The translations under genes were made by a program, and so were the position numbers. From an uncultured virus (IMG/VR IMGVR_UViG_3300027749_000064) (lineage: Duplodnaviria > Heunggongvirae > Uroviricota > Caudoviricetes), in the IMG/VR virus record IMGVR_UViG_3300027749_000064: a stretch of 36,993 nucleotides of DNA, one strand, 5' to 3'. Of this stretch, positions 1 to 8,775 are shown piece after piece. The notes beneath the pieces are model-generated. The model was given only the letters and a program-made list of their open reading frames with translations, was not told the DNA's origin and did not search any database. Positions within the stretch are counted from its first letter, which is position 1; each line of letters opens with the position of its first letter.

Positions 1-2
1 AT

Positions 3-3000
3 GATGCGGCTAAAAAACCAACGCTCTATATACCCGATGGTGATCCTCGGGCAGCAAATAGTCTTGCCGCAGCAAATGCAGCATCAAAAAGTAATGCAGA
101 AGTTAAAAATATTTCATCAAGATCATTTTCTTTAACACAATTAAGTGGCGCAGCAGCTTCTGGAAGTCCAATTTCTACCGCTACATTACCTGCTACGCCA
201 GGTAATTCACCATCAGTTAATATAGGTCCAATTATTAAGGGTTTAGTTTTACCAGGTGGAATTACTAATTTTACAGCAGTTTGGGATGGCGATAATCTTG
301 TATTTACTTTTAATTGTGATCCTACGGCATCACAAAATCAATATCTTTCTAATTTTTATTTTTTATTTACTCCAACAGGTAGTTCTACTCAGTATGCCTG
401 GAGTCCACAAGCTACTCAAGTAAATAATTCGGGCAGTACACAAACAATTACTTTTACATTAACCGATAATACAAATACATTTAATACACAAGTTACAAGT
501 TTTTCTGCAATTAGTGTTTCTGCACAAGATGGATTTGGCAATAGAGGCGATTATGTTTCTTTAACAACAATTCCGACATATAGTAGTGGATTGCCTATTC
601 CAGTATATACAATTTCAGCTATTAATAATGGATATTCTGTTGCGTGGACAGCAATTACAAATTCAAATTTTTATAGGATTCAAATACAGGAATATGTTTC
701 AGATGCTACATCAGAACCAACAGGCGTTACTTATACAGAAACTTATAATGGCACATTAAATCCCGCCGTAGTAATTGCTCCAACATTAAATAAAAGATGG
801 GTTAAAGTAAGATTTTGGGCAACATCAAATGTTCCAGGTCCTTGGGGTGCAGCACAAGCAGTTACTCCAACAGCACCAATTTCAGTAAATACTACAGTGC
901 CCACAGAAGTAACAGTAGGAACAGTATCTTGGTCGGGGACAAATATTGTTATTCCATACACACTACCTTCTACAAATGCAGGAGTTAGATTTTTAGTTAA
1001 ATTAACAGCACCAAATTCACAAGTTGGATATTTTTATTTTTTCCCAGATGGCACAACAAATTTAAGTCAATCACACACTATTAGTTCTGCTGATTTATAT
1101 GCACAGTTTGGCGCATATTATTCTTCTTATTCTGGAGTTTTTGTTAGCTACTCATCTGTAGATGTAACTAGTAGCGGAGCCTCTTTTAATGTCCCCGCAC
1201 GATCAAATCCCTTAGCAGCAATTACTCCAAATCCAACAATAGTTGGAAACATTAATGGTTATAACGTAACATTTGATTTTTCTACAATCCCAGCAACTTA
1301 TGCTGAAATTTATCAAAAGTATACAAGTTCTGCTTGGTCTTCTAACCCACCTGATGCTATTACTGCATCTTATTCTTCAGGCGGGGCTTCAGGAGCAACA
1401 ACAATTGTAGTAAATACAGTAAAAGATAACGATGGGAATACATTAACTTCTATACAAGATGGATATTTAATTACTGGAACAGGAATTCCAACAAATACAT
1501 ATGTTTCTTCTGTTTCAGGAACTGCACCAACATTTACCTTAACATTAAGTAAGGCTTTAACTACACAAGCAGCGGGAACTTATACTATGCAAGGTTTAGT
1601 GTGGGCTGGGGTAAGTCCAGCAAATATATTTAGTAATTTATATATTCCTACATATGTAATTGTAAGATATTATGATAATTTTAATAATGCTTCTTTGCTT
1701 TCTTCTTCAACAACAGTTACTCCAATTGATCCATCTCTTTCTGTTATTAGCAATGCAGTACAAATAGGAAGCGGAGGAGCAATATATGTAGGAGCCAGTG
1801 CCACTAGTGGCGCAAGAGTAGTTTTAGGACCTTCTAAAAAAGCTCCAGATGGTTCGCAATATTCAGGCATATTTGCATTTGATTATGGATCAGCATCTGG
1901 AGATGCTGCAAGTACATCAATTATTACAAATCCTTCTGCGGGAGGATTTACATTTGAAACTATAAATGCAAAAATTGCAGACTGGACTATTTCAACAAAT
2001 AAAATTGAAAGTACATTAGTAACAGGAATTACTAAATATACTGGTTTATCAGCATCTAACACAAGTTATGCATTTTGGGCAGGCGCAACCGCTGCAGGAA
2101 ATTCAGATGCATCAGCTCCTTTTAGCGTAACGCCGTTAGGAGCAGTAAATGCAAGTAATCTTACCATATCTGGAGGATCTATAAATGTAGGTGGTGGTAC
2201 CTTTGTAGTTACTAGTGGAGGAGCATTAACCGCAACAAGCGCAACCATAACTGGATCAATCTCAGCAACAGGAGGATCGTTTACTGGTAATGTATTAATA
2301 AATGGTGGGTCTTTATATTCTCCAAAAACATCAGGCATTCCATCTTCTTCTAATGCGGGAGTTATTTTTAATGGTCAAGGTGTTGCAGCCTATAATGGCA
2401 CTGGCGGATATACAACCATGCTAACAACGGCAGATGCAAATAGTTCTACATTTGCTACTACTGCAGCAACAATTGGGGGATGGGTAGTAGATGCAAATAC
2501 AATACATTCTTCTGCAAATACCGCAATTATAGATTCTGGAGTAACAGGATCAGCATATGGGCAACCAACAATTTTTCTTAATAGTGGAACAAATTATGTA
2601 GGCATAACTACAGGTACATTAAGTAATACGGTTTTATGGGCGGGGAGTAGTTTTTCAAGTAGAGATACAGCTAAATTTAGAGTAAATGGAGATGGAACAC
2701 TATATGCTACTGGGGCAACCATTCAATCTAATAATGGTTCTAATAATGCTTATTATGTAAAACTTGATGGTACAAATGATCAATTATTAATATATGGATT
2801 ACCTGCAACTAATCCAGGTTCTTCACAAACATTTACGGCTTCAATTACAGGCGGAGCTATACAGGGATCTTATGCAGCAACACAAACAAAAGCAACAACT
2901 CCATATATGCTTACTGCAAAAGCTGGCAATATTTCATCATCTTCATTTCTTTCACTAGTTTCACCTATAGCAGTTCAAATATTTGGCACAAGCGATACTG

Positions 3001-3332
3001 TACCAATGGCTTCATTTGACCCTTCAGGGGGTTATACAACTTTTACAGAAACTGGGGGATCATCTCTAACTGGGTCTTCAGCAGTTATTAATACAGATAT
3101 TGCATTTTTAAACTCATCATCTGTTATACTGGGAAGTGGATCTGGGGTCACATCTGGGGTCGCTACAGATAGTTCTTCTCATGTATATATAAATGGTTTT
3201 GCAAGAGTTAGAAACGCAACTCCAGTAGGATCTGGCACAGGTTCGTATGTAAGAAATGTTTATGTAAATACAGCAGCACCATCCTCCTCTGCCAATAGCG
3301 GGTTTCAGGGCGATCTTTGGGTAACATATTAA
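3..3332 (+). CDS. Large minor tail / host-recognition protein, 5'-truncated by the window edge
   Basis: The frame of the 591..3332 ORF stays open back to position 3 (DAAKKPTLYIPDGDPRAAN...), so the TTG at 591 is not the true start. S/T/G-rich and beta-rich, with phage tail-type motifs (IADWTISTNKI, APFSVTPLGAVNASN, TIGGWVVDANTI, FRVNGDGTLYAT). Confidence 0.7.
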   Translation, partial: DAAKKPTLYIPDGDPRAANSLAAANAASKSNAEVKNISSRSFSLTQLSGAAASGSPISTATLPATPGNSPSVNIGPIIKGLVLPGGITNFTAVWDGDNLVFTFNCDPTASQNQYLSNFYFLFTPTGSSTQYAWSPQATQVNNSGSTQTITFTLTDNTNTFNTQVTSFSAISVSAQDGFGNRGDYVSLTTIPTYSSGLPIPVYTISAINNGYSVAWTAITNSNFYRIQIQEYVSDATSEPTGVTYTETYNGTLNPAVVIAPTLNKRWVKVRFWATSNVPGPWGAAQAVTPTAPISVNTTVPTEVTVGTVSWSGTNIVIPYTLPSTNAGVRFLVKLTAPNSQVGYFYFFPDGTTNLSQSHTISSADLYAQFGAYYSSYSGVFVSYSSVDVTSSGASFNVPARSNPLAAITPNPTIVGNINGYNVTFDFSTIPATYAEIYQKYTSSAWSSNPPDAITASYSSGGASGATTIVVNTVKDNDGNTLTSIQDGYLITGTGIPTNTYVSSVSGTAPTFTLTLSKALTTQAAGTYTMQGLVWAGVSPANIFSNLYIPTYVIVRYYDNFNNASLLSSSTTVTPIDPSLSVISNAVQIGSGGAIYVGASATSGARVVLGPSKKAPDGSQYSGIFAFDYGSASGDAASTSIITNPSAGGFTFETINAKIADWTISTNKIESTLVTGITKYTGLSASNTSYAFWAGATAAGNSDASAPFSVTPLGAVNASNLTISGGSINVGGGTFVVTSGGALTATSATITGSISATGGSFTGNVLINGGSLYSPKTSGIPSSSNAGVIFNGQGVAAYNGTGGYTTMLTTADANSSTFATTAATIGGWVVDANTIHSSANTAIIDSGVTGSAYGQPTIFLNSGTNYVGITTGTLSNTVLWAGSSFSSRDTAKFRVNGDGTLYATGATIQSNNGSNNAYYVKLDGTNDQLLIYGLPATNPGSSQTFTASITGGAIQGSYAATQTKATTPYMLTAKAGNISSSSFLSLVSPIAVQIFGTSDTVPMASFDPSGGYTTFTETGGSSLTGSSAVINTDIAFLNSSSVILGSGSGVTSGVATDSSSHVYINGFARVRNATPVGSGTGSYVRNVYVNTAAPSSSANSGFQGDLWVTY

Positions 3333-3341
3333 GGATAAATA

Positions 3342-5870
3342 GTGGGATTTTTTGTAAAGAAATCTAATACGGGTTCATCCGATTGGGCAAATGCCACAAG
3401 CATATATGTCAAAGTTTCCACGGGCTGGACAGCAATAAAAAAAGGTTTTATAAAAGTTTCAGGTGGCTGGCAACAGTTTTATCCAAATGCTGGTCCATAT
3501 ACAACCGCATCTCCATTTATTTCTTCAAATACTAGTGGAGCTAGTCCCTGGGGTGCGGGAATTTTATTTGGTAGTTCTGCATATGGTCAAAGAGGAACTT
3601 GGGTAGCAAATAGCAGTTCGGCAACAATTACATCTTATTCATATCAAATACTTACATCAACTTCTTCCACACCTGGCTCTGGACCATATGTTACAGTTGT
3701 AGGATCAACTACTTTAAGTGGAACATATCAAACAATAGATTTAACTAACTCAGCATATGATGATGCATTTTTAATTTTTAGAGTTACCGCCACTAGATCA
3801 GATAGTGTTACTGGTGTTGATGATACTGATAGTCAGGCGGGAACTACCAGACAATACTTTATCTATAGAAATATACCAGTAATTAATACAGGATCTTCTT
3901 TAACAAAAGGTGCTAATGATAATATTCTTACATATAGTTCAACTTGGGATACTTCTACTGGCGGTGTGCCAGATATAACAAGATCTACAGTTCAAATTTA
4001 TAGAAATACAACAAGTGCAACAACAGGTGGAACACTGGTATCCACCAGCAGTTGGAATTCATCAGTAATGTCAGGCCCAACTTCTTATGCATCAAGTACA
4101 TCTTATGCAACTACCGCAACTTATGATGCAGGATCAGACCCAACTAATAATGCAGGTAAATATTTTTATGCGGTAGAAACACAGTATAACTCTGGCACTG
4201 ATTATAATGGTGGAACATTTGTACCCGCTCCAGTTACAAATACAAAAACTTATGGTCCTATAACATTATTGACTGCTCCAGGTTCATTTACTTATTCTAT
4301 TTCAGATTCAACAGCAACCCCAGCCTGGACAACATCTCCAAATATAAGTTTATCTGGAGATACAAGTAATTTTTTAACAGTAACTTGGGGAACAGCTTCT
4401 CCAGTAAGTGCTTATTTTATTACTCTTTCAGGATCGCCAGTAACTATTGCAAGAACTGGTAATGGAACAAGTACGACATATATGACTTATTATTATGCCT
4501 CGGGTACAGAAACTGCAACAATAGATGTAGAAAATAATAATACTTATTGCACTATTACAATTCCTACTGCTGCAACAAATGCTACACGTTATGTTTATGA
4601 TTATAGTGATGGTACTACAAGAACTACTGCAAGTACCAGCGCAACTTCATATAGGTTTCAAGTACCAAATGGAAACACGGCCACTGTATATAGCGTAAAA
4701 GCTTATAATGGTCCTAATACAACATCGCCATCAACAACTGGTACGCCACCCGCTACTACAACAAATAAACCAGTAACACAATCAATAACTGCAAGCAATT
4801 CTTCTATATTAACTTATGGCATAGCACCATCAAATACTAGTGTTCCAGTTATTTCTCCAGCAGGTGGATATGTAAATACTGTTTATAGTTGTTCCACGGG
4901 ATCTTGGAGTGGTAGTGCAACAATAACATATTCTTATCAATGGCAAGCATATAACAGTTCAACATTTGGCTGGGATAATTTAACTGGTGGAACTTCAAGC
5001 ACTTATACACCAACTTTTGCCATGAATCCTGGTTTACGTTGTGTTGTTACTGGGTCAAATGCTTATGGTTCATCTTCAGCTAATGCTACTTCAGTTAATA
5101 TAAGCTCATATCCATCACCTTCAATTGTTACGGCACCTTCAGCCACACCTTCAAGCGGTTATTTGGGAATCACTTCATTTACTTCAACATCAGGAACTTG
5201 GAACTACGCATCATCTTATTCATATCAATGGCAATACTATGATACCGTTACCTCTTCTTGGTTAAATCGTAGCGATACTGGAGCAACCACATCTTCTTAC
5301 ACACCTCAAATAACTGGAAGTTTTAGATGTCTTGTTACGGCGTCGGGAACTGGTGGTTCAACTTCTGCAGCATCAAATGCCGTTACCGTAACTTCATATC
5401 CAGTACCAGTAAATACTGTTGCACCTTCAGTTACACCTACAAGTGGAACAACTAGCACATCATTTAGTTGTTCTACGGGAACTTGGACAAATTCACCAAC
5501 ATCTTATTCATATCAATGGCAATACTATAATACCGTTACCAGTAATTGGACAGATCGTTCTGGAGCAACCTCTAGTAGTTATACACTCACTTTTAGTGGA
5601 AGTTTGCGATGTCAAGTTAAAGCAACAAACACGGGTGGTACGTCAAGTGCTGCAACTTCAAATGCCGTTACTGTGAGTTCAACCCCTACACCAACCCCTA
5701 CACCAACCCCTACACCAACCCCTACACCAACCCCTACACCAACCCCTACACCAACCCCTACACCAACCCCTACACCAACCCCTACACCAACCGCTCCAAG
5801 TTCATGTTGTACAACAGGTTCTTGCGGTGGTGGAAGCCTTTGTAGTGGCCGTTGCTTGTGTAATGGATAA
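3342..5870 (+). CDS. Tail fibre / virion adhesin with three C-terminal Ig-like repeats, a (TP)18 linker and a Cys-rich tip
   Basis: GTG start after AAGGA. N-terminal W...SIYVKVSTGWTAIKKGFIKVSGGWQQFY repeat typical of fibre ends; three repeats of P.....S.GTW....SYSYQW.......W....GAT.S.Y.......RC.V.A; then PT repeat and CCTTGSCGGGSLCSGRCLCNG. Confidence 0.7.
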   Translation: MGFFVKKSNTGSSDWANATSIYVKVSTGWTAIKKGFIKVSGGWQQFYPNAGPYTTASPFISSNTSGASPWGAGILFGSSAYGQRGTWVANSSSATITSYSYQILTSTSSTPGSGPYVTVVGSTTLSGTYQTIDLTNSAYDDAFLIFRVTATRSDSVTGVDDTDSQAGTTRQYFIYRNIPVINTGSSLTKGANDNILTYSSTWDTSTGGVPDITRSTVQIYRNTTSATTGGTLVSTSSWNSSVMSGPTSYASSTSYATTATYDAGSDPTNNAGKYFYAVETQYNSGTDYNGGTFVPAPVTNTKTYGPITLLTAPGSFTYSISDSTATPAWTTSPNISLSGDTSNFLTVTWGTASPVSAYFITLSGSPVTIARTGNGTSTTYMTYYYASGTETATIDVENNNTYCTITIPTAATNATRYVYDYSDGTTRTTASTSATSYRFQVPNGNTATVYSVKAYNGPNTTSPSTTGTPPATTTNKPVTQSITASNSSILTYGIAPSNTSVPVISPAGGYVNTVYSCSTGSWSGSATITYSYQWQAYNSSTFGWDNLTGGTSSTYTPTFAMNPGLRCVVTGSNAYGSSSANATSVNISSYPSPSIVTAPSATPSSGYLGITSFTSTSGTWNYASSYSYQWQYYDTVTSSWLNRSDTGATTSSYTPQITGSFRCLVTASGTGGSTSAASNAVTVTSYPVPVNTVAPSVTPTSGTTSTSFSCSTGTWTNSPTSYSYQWQYYNTVTSNWTDRSGATSSSYTLTFSGSLRCQVKATNTGGTSSAATSNAVTVSSTPTPTPTPTPTPTPTPTPTPTPTPTPTPTPTPTPTPTAPSSCCTTGSCGGGSLCSGRCLCNG
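5212..5540 (+). repeat. 41-bp direct repeat (5212-5252 and 5500-5540, one mismatch) in Ig-like repeats 2 and 3
   Basis: CATCTTATTCATATCAATGGCAATACTAT[G/A]ATACCGTTACC occurs twice. Confidence 0.9.
5681..5792 (+). repeat. Perfect 12-bp tandem repeat AACCCCTACACC x9 plus AACC, encoding (Thr-Pro)18
   Basis: Read directly from the sequence; identical copies with no spacers. Confidence 0.97.
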
Positions 5871-5888
5871 TTTAAAAATGTTTAAATG

Positions 5889-5897
5889 TGATATACT
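5889..5897 (+). promoter_or_regulatory. Extended -10 promoter TGnTATACT
   Basis: TGATATACT in the intergenic gap, followed by AAGGAG RBS and ATG at 5943. Confidence 0.55.
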
Positions 5898-5942
5898 GTA
5901 TAAAAAACAAACAATGTATTATATAAAAGGAGATCAATAATT

Positions 5943-6359
5943 ATGGTTAATAGTCTTTTTGTTTTTATAAATAAAGATAATAATAAAGTTTTTTGTGTTA
6001 TGGATCGTTTTCCAGGCCCCTTAAATGATTTACTTACTGCTGCATTTGCGTCGGAAGTTCAAGGTATGATTATTACTGAATATCCAAATGCTCAGAGAGG
6101 AGATATTTGGGATGGTTCAAATTTTATTAAAATGTCTCTTGAACAAGACCCAGAGTTAGAAGAAAGAGTTGCTTTATTGGTAGAAAATGAAATTGTTGAT
6201 ATTTTAGAATTAGACAAAGTTTATCCTTATTATAATATATGGATAGAAGGATTTTCTAAAGAACATTTTGGATTTAATGCTACAGGTTATGAAAATGTTC
6301 GTTCAGGATCAATTTGGGATGGAAAATCTTTTACTCTTCCAGATATTCCAGCTTATTAA
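5943..6359 (+). CDS. Putative tail fibre assembly/chaperone-like protein with an internal duplication
   Basis: AAGGAG RBS; two copies of G..WDG..F (RGDIWDGSNF, SGSIWDGKSF); lies directly after the fibre gene. Confidence 0.5.
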   Translation: MVNSLFVFINKDNNKVFCVMDRFPGPLNDLLTAAFASEVQGMIITEYPNAQRGDIWDGSNFIKMSLEQDPELEERVALLVENEIVDILELDKVYPYYNIWIEGFSKEHFGFNATGYENVRSGSIWDGKSFTLPDIPAY

Positions 6360-6361
6360 AA

Positions 6362-6390
6362 TTGACTATTTTGTAAAAAGAGAGTATTAT
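6362..6390 (+). promoter_or_regulatory. Sigma70/SigA-type promoter TTGACT-N17-TATTAT
   Basis: Near-consensus hexamers with 17-bp spacing upstream of the 6415 gene. Confidence 0.6.
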
Positions 6391-6414
6391 TAATAATAAA
6401 GAAAGGTATTTATT

Positions 6415-6660
6415 TTGGATAACGAAAAAGAATTAACCCCTTGGCAGCAATATAAAAAAAATCTTGGAGAAACAAGGCCCTGGGACATAATTGATCCAGC
6501 CGCAGAACGAGCAACTGAAGAAGAAGCAAATACAAGATATTCAATTTGTTTAGAATGCCCAGAATTAATTAAATTAACAAAACAATGCAGAAAATGTAGT
6601 TGTTTTATGAAAGCAAAAACAAAGTTGCAAGCAGCACATTGTCCATTACAAAAATGGTAA
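6415..6660 (+). CDS. Small Cys-rich metal-binding protein (DUF6171-like)
   Basis: R..IC.ECP.L...TKQC.KC.CFM..K..L....CP..KW pattern; GAAAGG RBS with TTG start. Confidence 0.6.
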   Translation: MDNEKELTPWQQYKKNLGETRPWDIIDPAAERATEEEANTRYSICLECPELIKLTKQCRKCSCFMKAKTKLQAAHCPLQKW

Positions 6661-7250
6661 AAGAAAAAATAGAAGAAGGCATTTATTTATATAAAAATGT
6701 TCTTCCAGAATCTAAACAAATTATTAAAGAAATTGAAGAATGTATTCAATTAAATATGCTTTCTTGGATTCCAAGTCTTGTAAAAACAGATTCTACTGAT
6801 TCTATTAATAAAATGGTAAGAGACACAGATTCAATATCAATTCCGTATTTAGGAAAAATTGATGAAAATTTTGTTAATTCTACAGAATCATTATTTAAAT
6901 CTTTAAATAATGCTTTTTATGAAGCATTTGATTTATGTGAAAAAGATTATATGTCAATGTTTGGTATATCTTCAGTTTGGCATGATTCTTGGCAAATATT
7001 AAAATATGGAGTTGGTCAATTTTTTACAAATCATATTGATGACCATACAAATTATCATAGAAGAATATCAACAGTTTTTTATATGAATGATGATTATAAG
7101 GGTGGCGAAATAAATTTTCCAAGATACAATTTATCAATTAAACCAAAAGCAAATGATTTGTTAATATTTCCTTCATTCTACACTTATAATCATTCTGTAA
7201 ATCCAGTAACAGAAGGCACAAGGTATGCGGTTGTTGGTTGGTTAAGATGA
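6654..7250 (+). CDS. 2OG-Fe(II) oxygenase, prolyl 4-hydroxylase-like
   Basis: HxD (HID), RRISTVFYMNDDYKGGEINF, distal His (NHSVNPVTEGTRY). ATG 6654 overlapping the upstream stop is preferred over TTG 6600. Confidence 0.88.
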   Translation: MVKEKIEEGIYLYKNVLPESKQIIKEIEECIQLNMLSWIPSLVKTDSTDSINKMVRDTDSISIPYLGKIDENFVNSTESLFKSLNNAFYEAFDLCEKDYMSMFGISSVWHDSWQILKYGVGQFFTNHIDDHTNYHRRISTVFYMNDDYKGGEINFPRYNLSIKPKANDLLIFPSFYTYNHSVNPVTEGTRYAVVGWLR

Positions 7251-7825
7251 ATATTCAAAAACCACAAATAATAAATGATCTTTTAAAAGAAAAAGATTTT
7301 GAAAATTTAAAAAAAATTTTTTCAATAAATAAAATAAAGTCTTTTAATTTTGAACAAGAACTTTCAAGATATATCATTGCAGATAATCAAATGTTGGAAT
7401 TTAAAGAATATATAAATTTTATAACACCAATAGCAAAAGAAATTTTTAAAAGTGATACATTAATGCCAACATATTCTTTATTTTCACATTATGAAGGACC
7501 AAATGCAAATCTTTATAAACATAAAGATGATAATGCTTGTACATATACAATAGATATGTGTCTTTATCAAAAATATGCTTGGGATTTATGGGTAGAAAAT
7601 CAACCATATACACTTTTGCCAAATCAAGCCTTGGCTTATTATGGCAATAATCAAGAACATTGGCGGGAATCTTTTCCAATGAAAGAAATTAATTATGTAG
7701 CAATGATTTTTTTTCATTTTGCGGAACCAGACCATTGGTGGTTTGTTAAAGGGCCAGGTTATCTTGACGTAGTAAGAGGAAACTTATCGGAGGAAGAATG
7801 GCAATTGGGGCAAAATCAGCATTAG
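7247..7825 (+). CDS. Phage-type 2OG-Fe(II) oxygenase-like protein
   Basis: LYKHKD (HxD) ... YYGNNQEHWRE ... IFFHF; ATGA overlap with the upstream stop. Confidence 0.7.
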   Translation: MNIQKPQIINDLLKEKDFENLKKIFSINKIKSFNFEQELSRYIIADNQMLEFKEYINFITPIAKEIFKSDTLMPTYSLFSHYEGPNANLYKHKDDNACTYTIDMCLYQKYAWDLWVENQPYTLLPNQALAYYGNNQEHWRESFPMKEINYVAMIFFHFAEPDHWWFVKGPGYLDVVRGNLSEEEWQLGQNQH

Positions 7826-8775
7826 TATTAGGTGCTGGAGGATTTATTGGAAGCCATTTAGTAAAAAAGTTAAAAGAAAATAACTATTGGGTTCGTGGGG
7901 TAGATCTTAAATACCCAGAATATTGGGAAACTTTTGCAGACGATTTTGTTATTGGCGATTTAAGAGATCCTAAGATAGTTGAAAGTGTTATTGATTTTAA
8001 ATTTGATCAGGTATATCAATTAGCAGCAGATATGGGCGGTGCTGGCTATATTAATACAGGAGATAATGATGCAGAAGTTATGGGTAACTCTATACTTATT
8101 AATGTAAATGTTTTAAAGAAATCGCATGAAGTTGGAATTGAAGGAGTTTTTTATTCTTCTACAGCATGTGTTTATCCAGAGTATAATCAAATGGACCCAG
8201 ATAGTGTAAATTGCAGAGAAGATTCTGTATATCCCGCATTACCAGATACAGAGTATGGCTGGGAAAAATTGTTTAGTGAAAGGCTATACTTAGCCTATAA
8301 CAAAAATTATAATATGAAAAATAAGATAGCCCGATACCATAATGTCTTTGGGCCGTATGGCACTTGGGACGGCGGTAAAGAAAAAGCCCCAGCAGCTATT
8401 TGCAGAAAAGTAGCAAAAGGAATTGATAAAATAGAAATATGGGGTAATGGCGAACAATTAAGGTCTTTTTTATATATTGATGAGTGCATAAAAGCAACAA
8501 TAGATTTTAACACTAACTCCGATTACTTGGAGCCAATAAATATTGGTTCAGAAAGAGGAATATCAATTAACGAGCTTGTTGATATAGTTTGTGCAATTGC
8601 TGAAAAGAATTTAGAAAAAGTAAATATATCAGGACCTATGGGTGTGCATGCAAGGTACTCAAATAATGATTTGATAAATGAAGTGCTTGGCTGGAAGCCA
8701 GAAGAAAACTTAGAGTATGGATTATCAAAAACATACGAGTGGATAAACAATCAGGTAAATGATTTCAAGCGATAA
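7798..8775 (+). CDS. NAD-dependent epimerase, GDP-mannose 3,5-epimerase-like
   Basis: GAGGFIG, LAADMGGAGYI, SSTACVYPEYNQ, YGWEK (YxxxK), KEKAPAAICRKVA match the GME subfamily. Confidence 0.85.
   Translation: MAIGAKSALVLGAGGFIGSHLVKKLKENNYWVRGVDLKYPEYWETFADDFVIGDLRDPKIVESVIDFKFDQVYQLAADMGGAGYINTGDNDAEVMGNSILINVNVLKKSHEVGIEGVFYSSTACVYPEYNQMDPDSVNCREDSVYPALPDTEYGWEKLFSERLYLAYNKNYNMKNKIARYHNVFGPYGTWDGGKEKAPAAICRKVAKGIDKIEIWGNGEQLRSFLYIDECIKATIDFNTNSDYLEPINIGSERGISINELVDIVCAIAEKNLEKVNISGPMGVHARYSNNDLINEVLGWKPEENLEYGLSKTYEWINNQVNDFKR

Noticed and set aside
5212..5540. Diversity-generating retroelement TR/VR pair
   Set aside because: No reverse transcriptase in the window; both copies lie in the same CDS and differ at one site, consistent with domain duplication.
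5681..5792. Possible CRISPR array or telomere-like repeat
   Set aside because: The 12-bp units are contiguous with no spacers and lie in frame within a CDS, encoding Thr-Pro.
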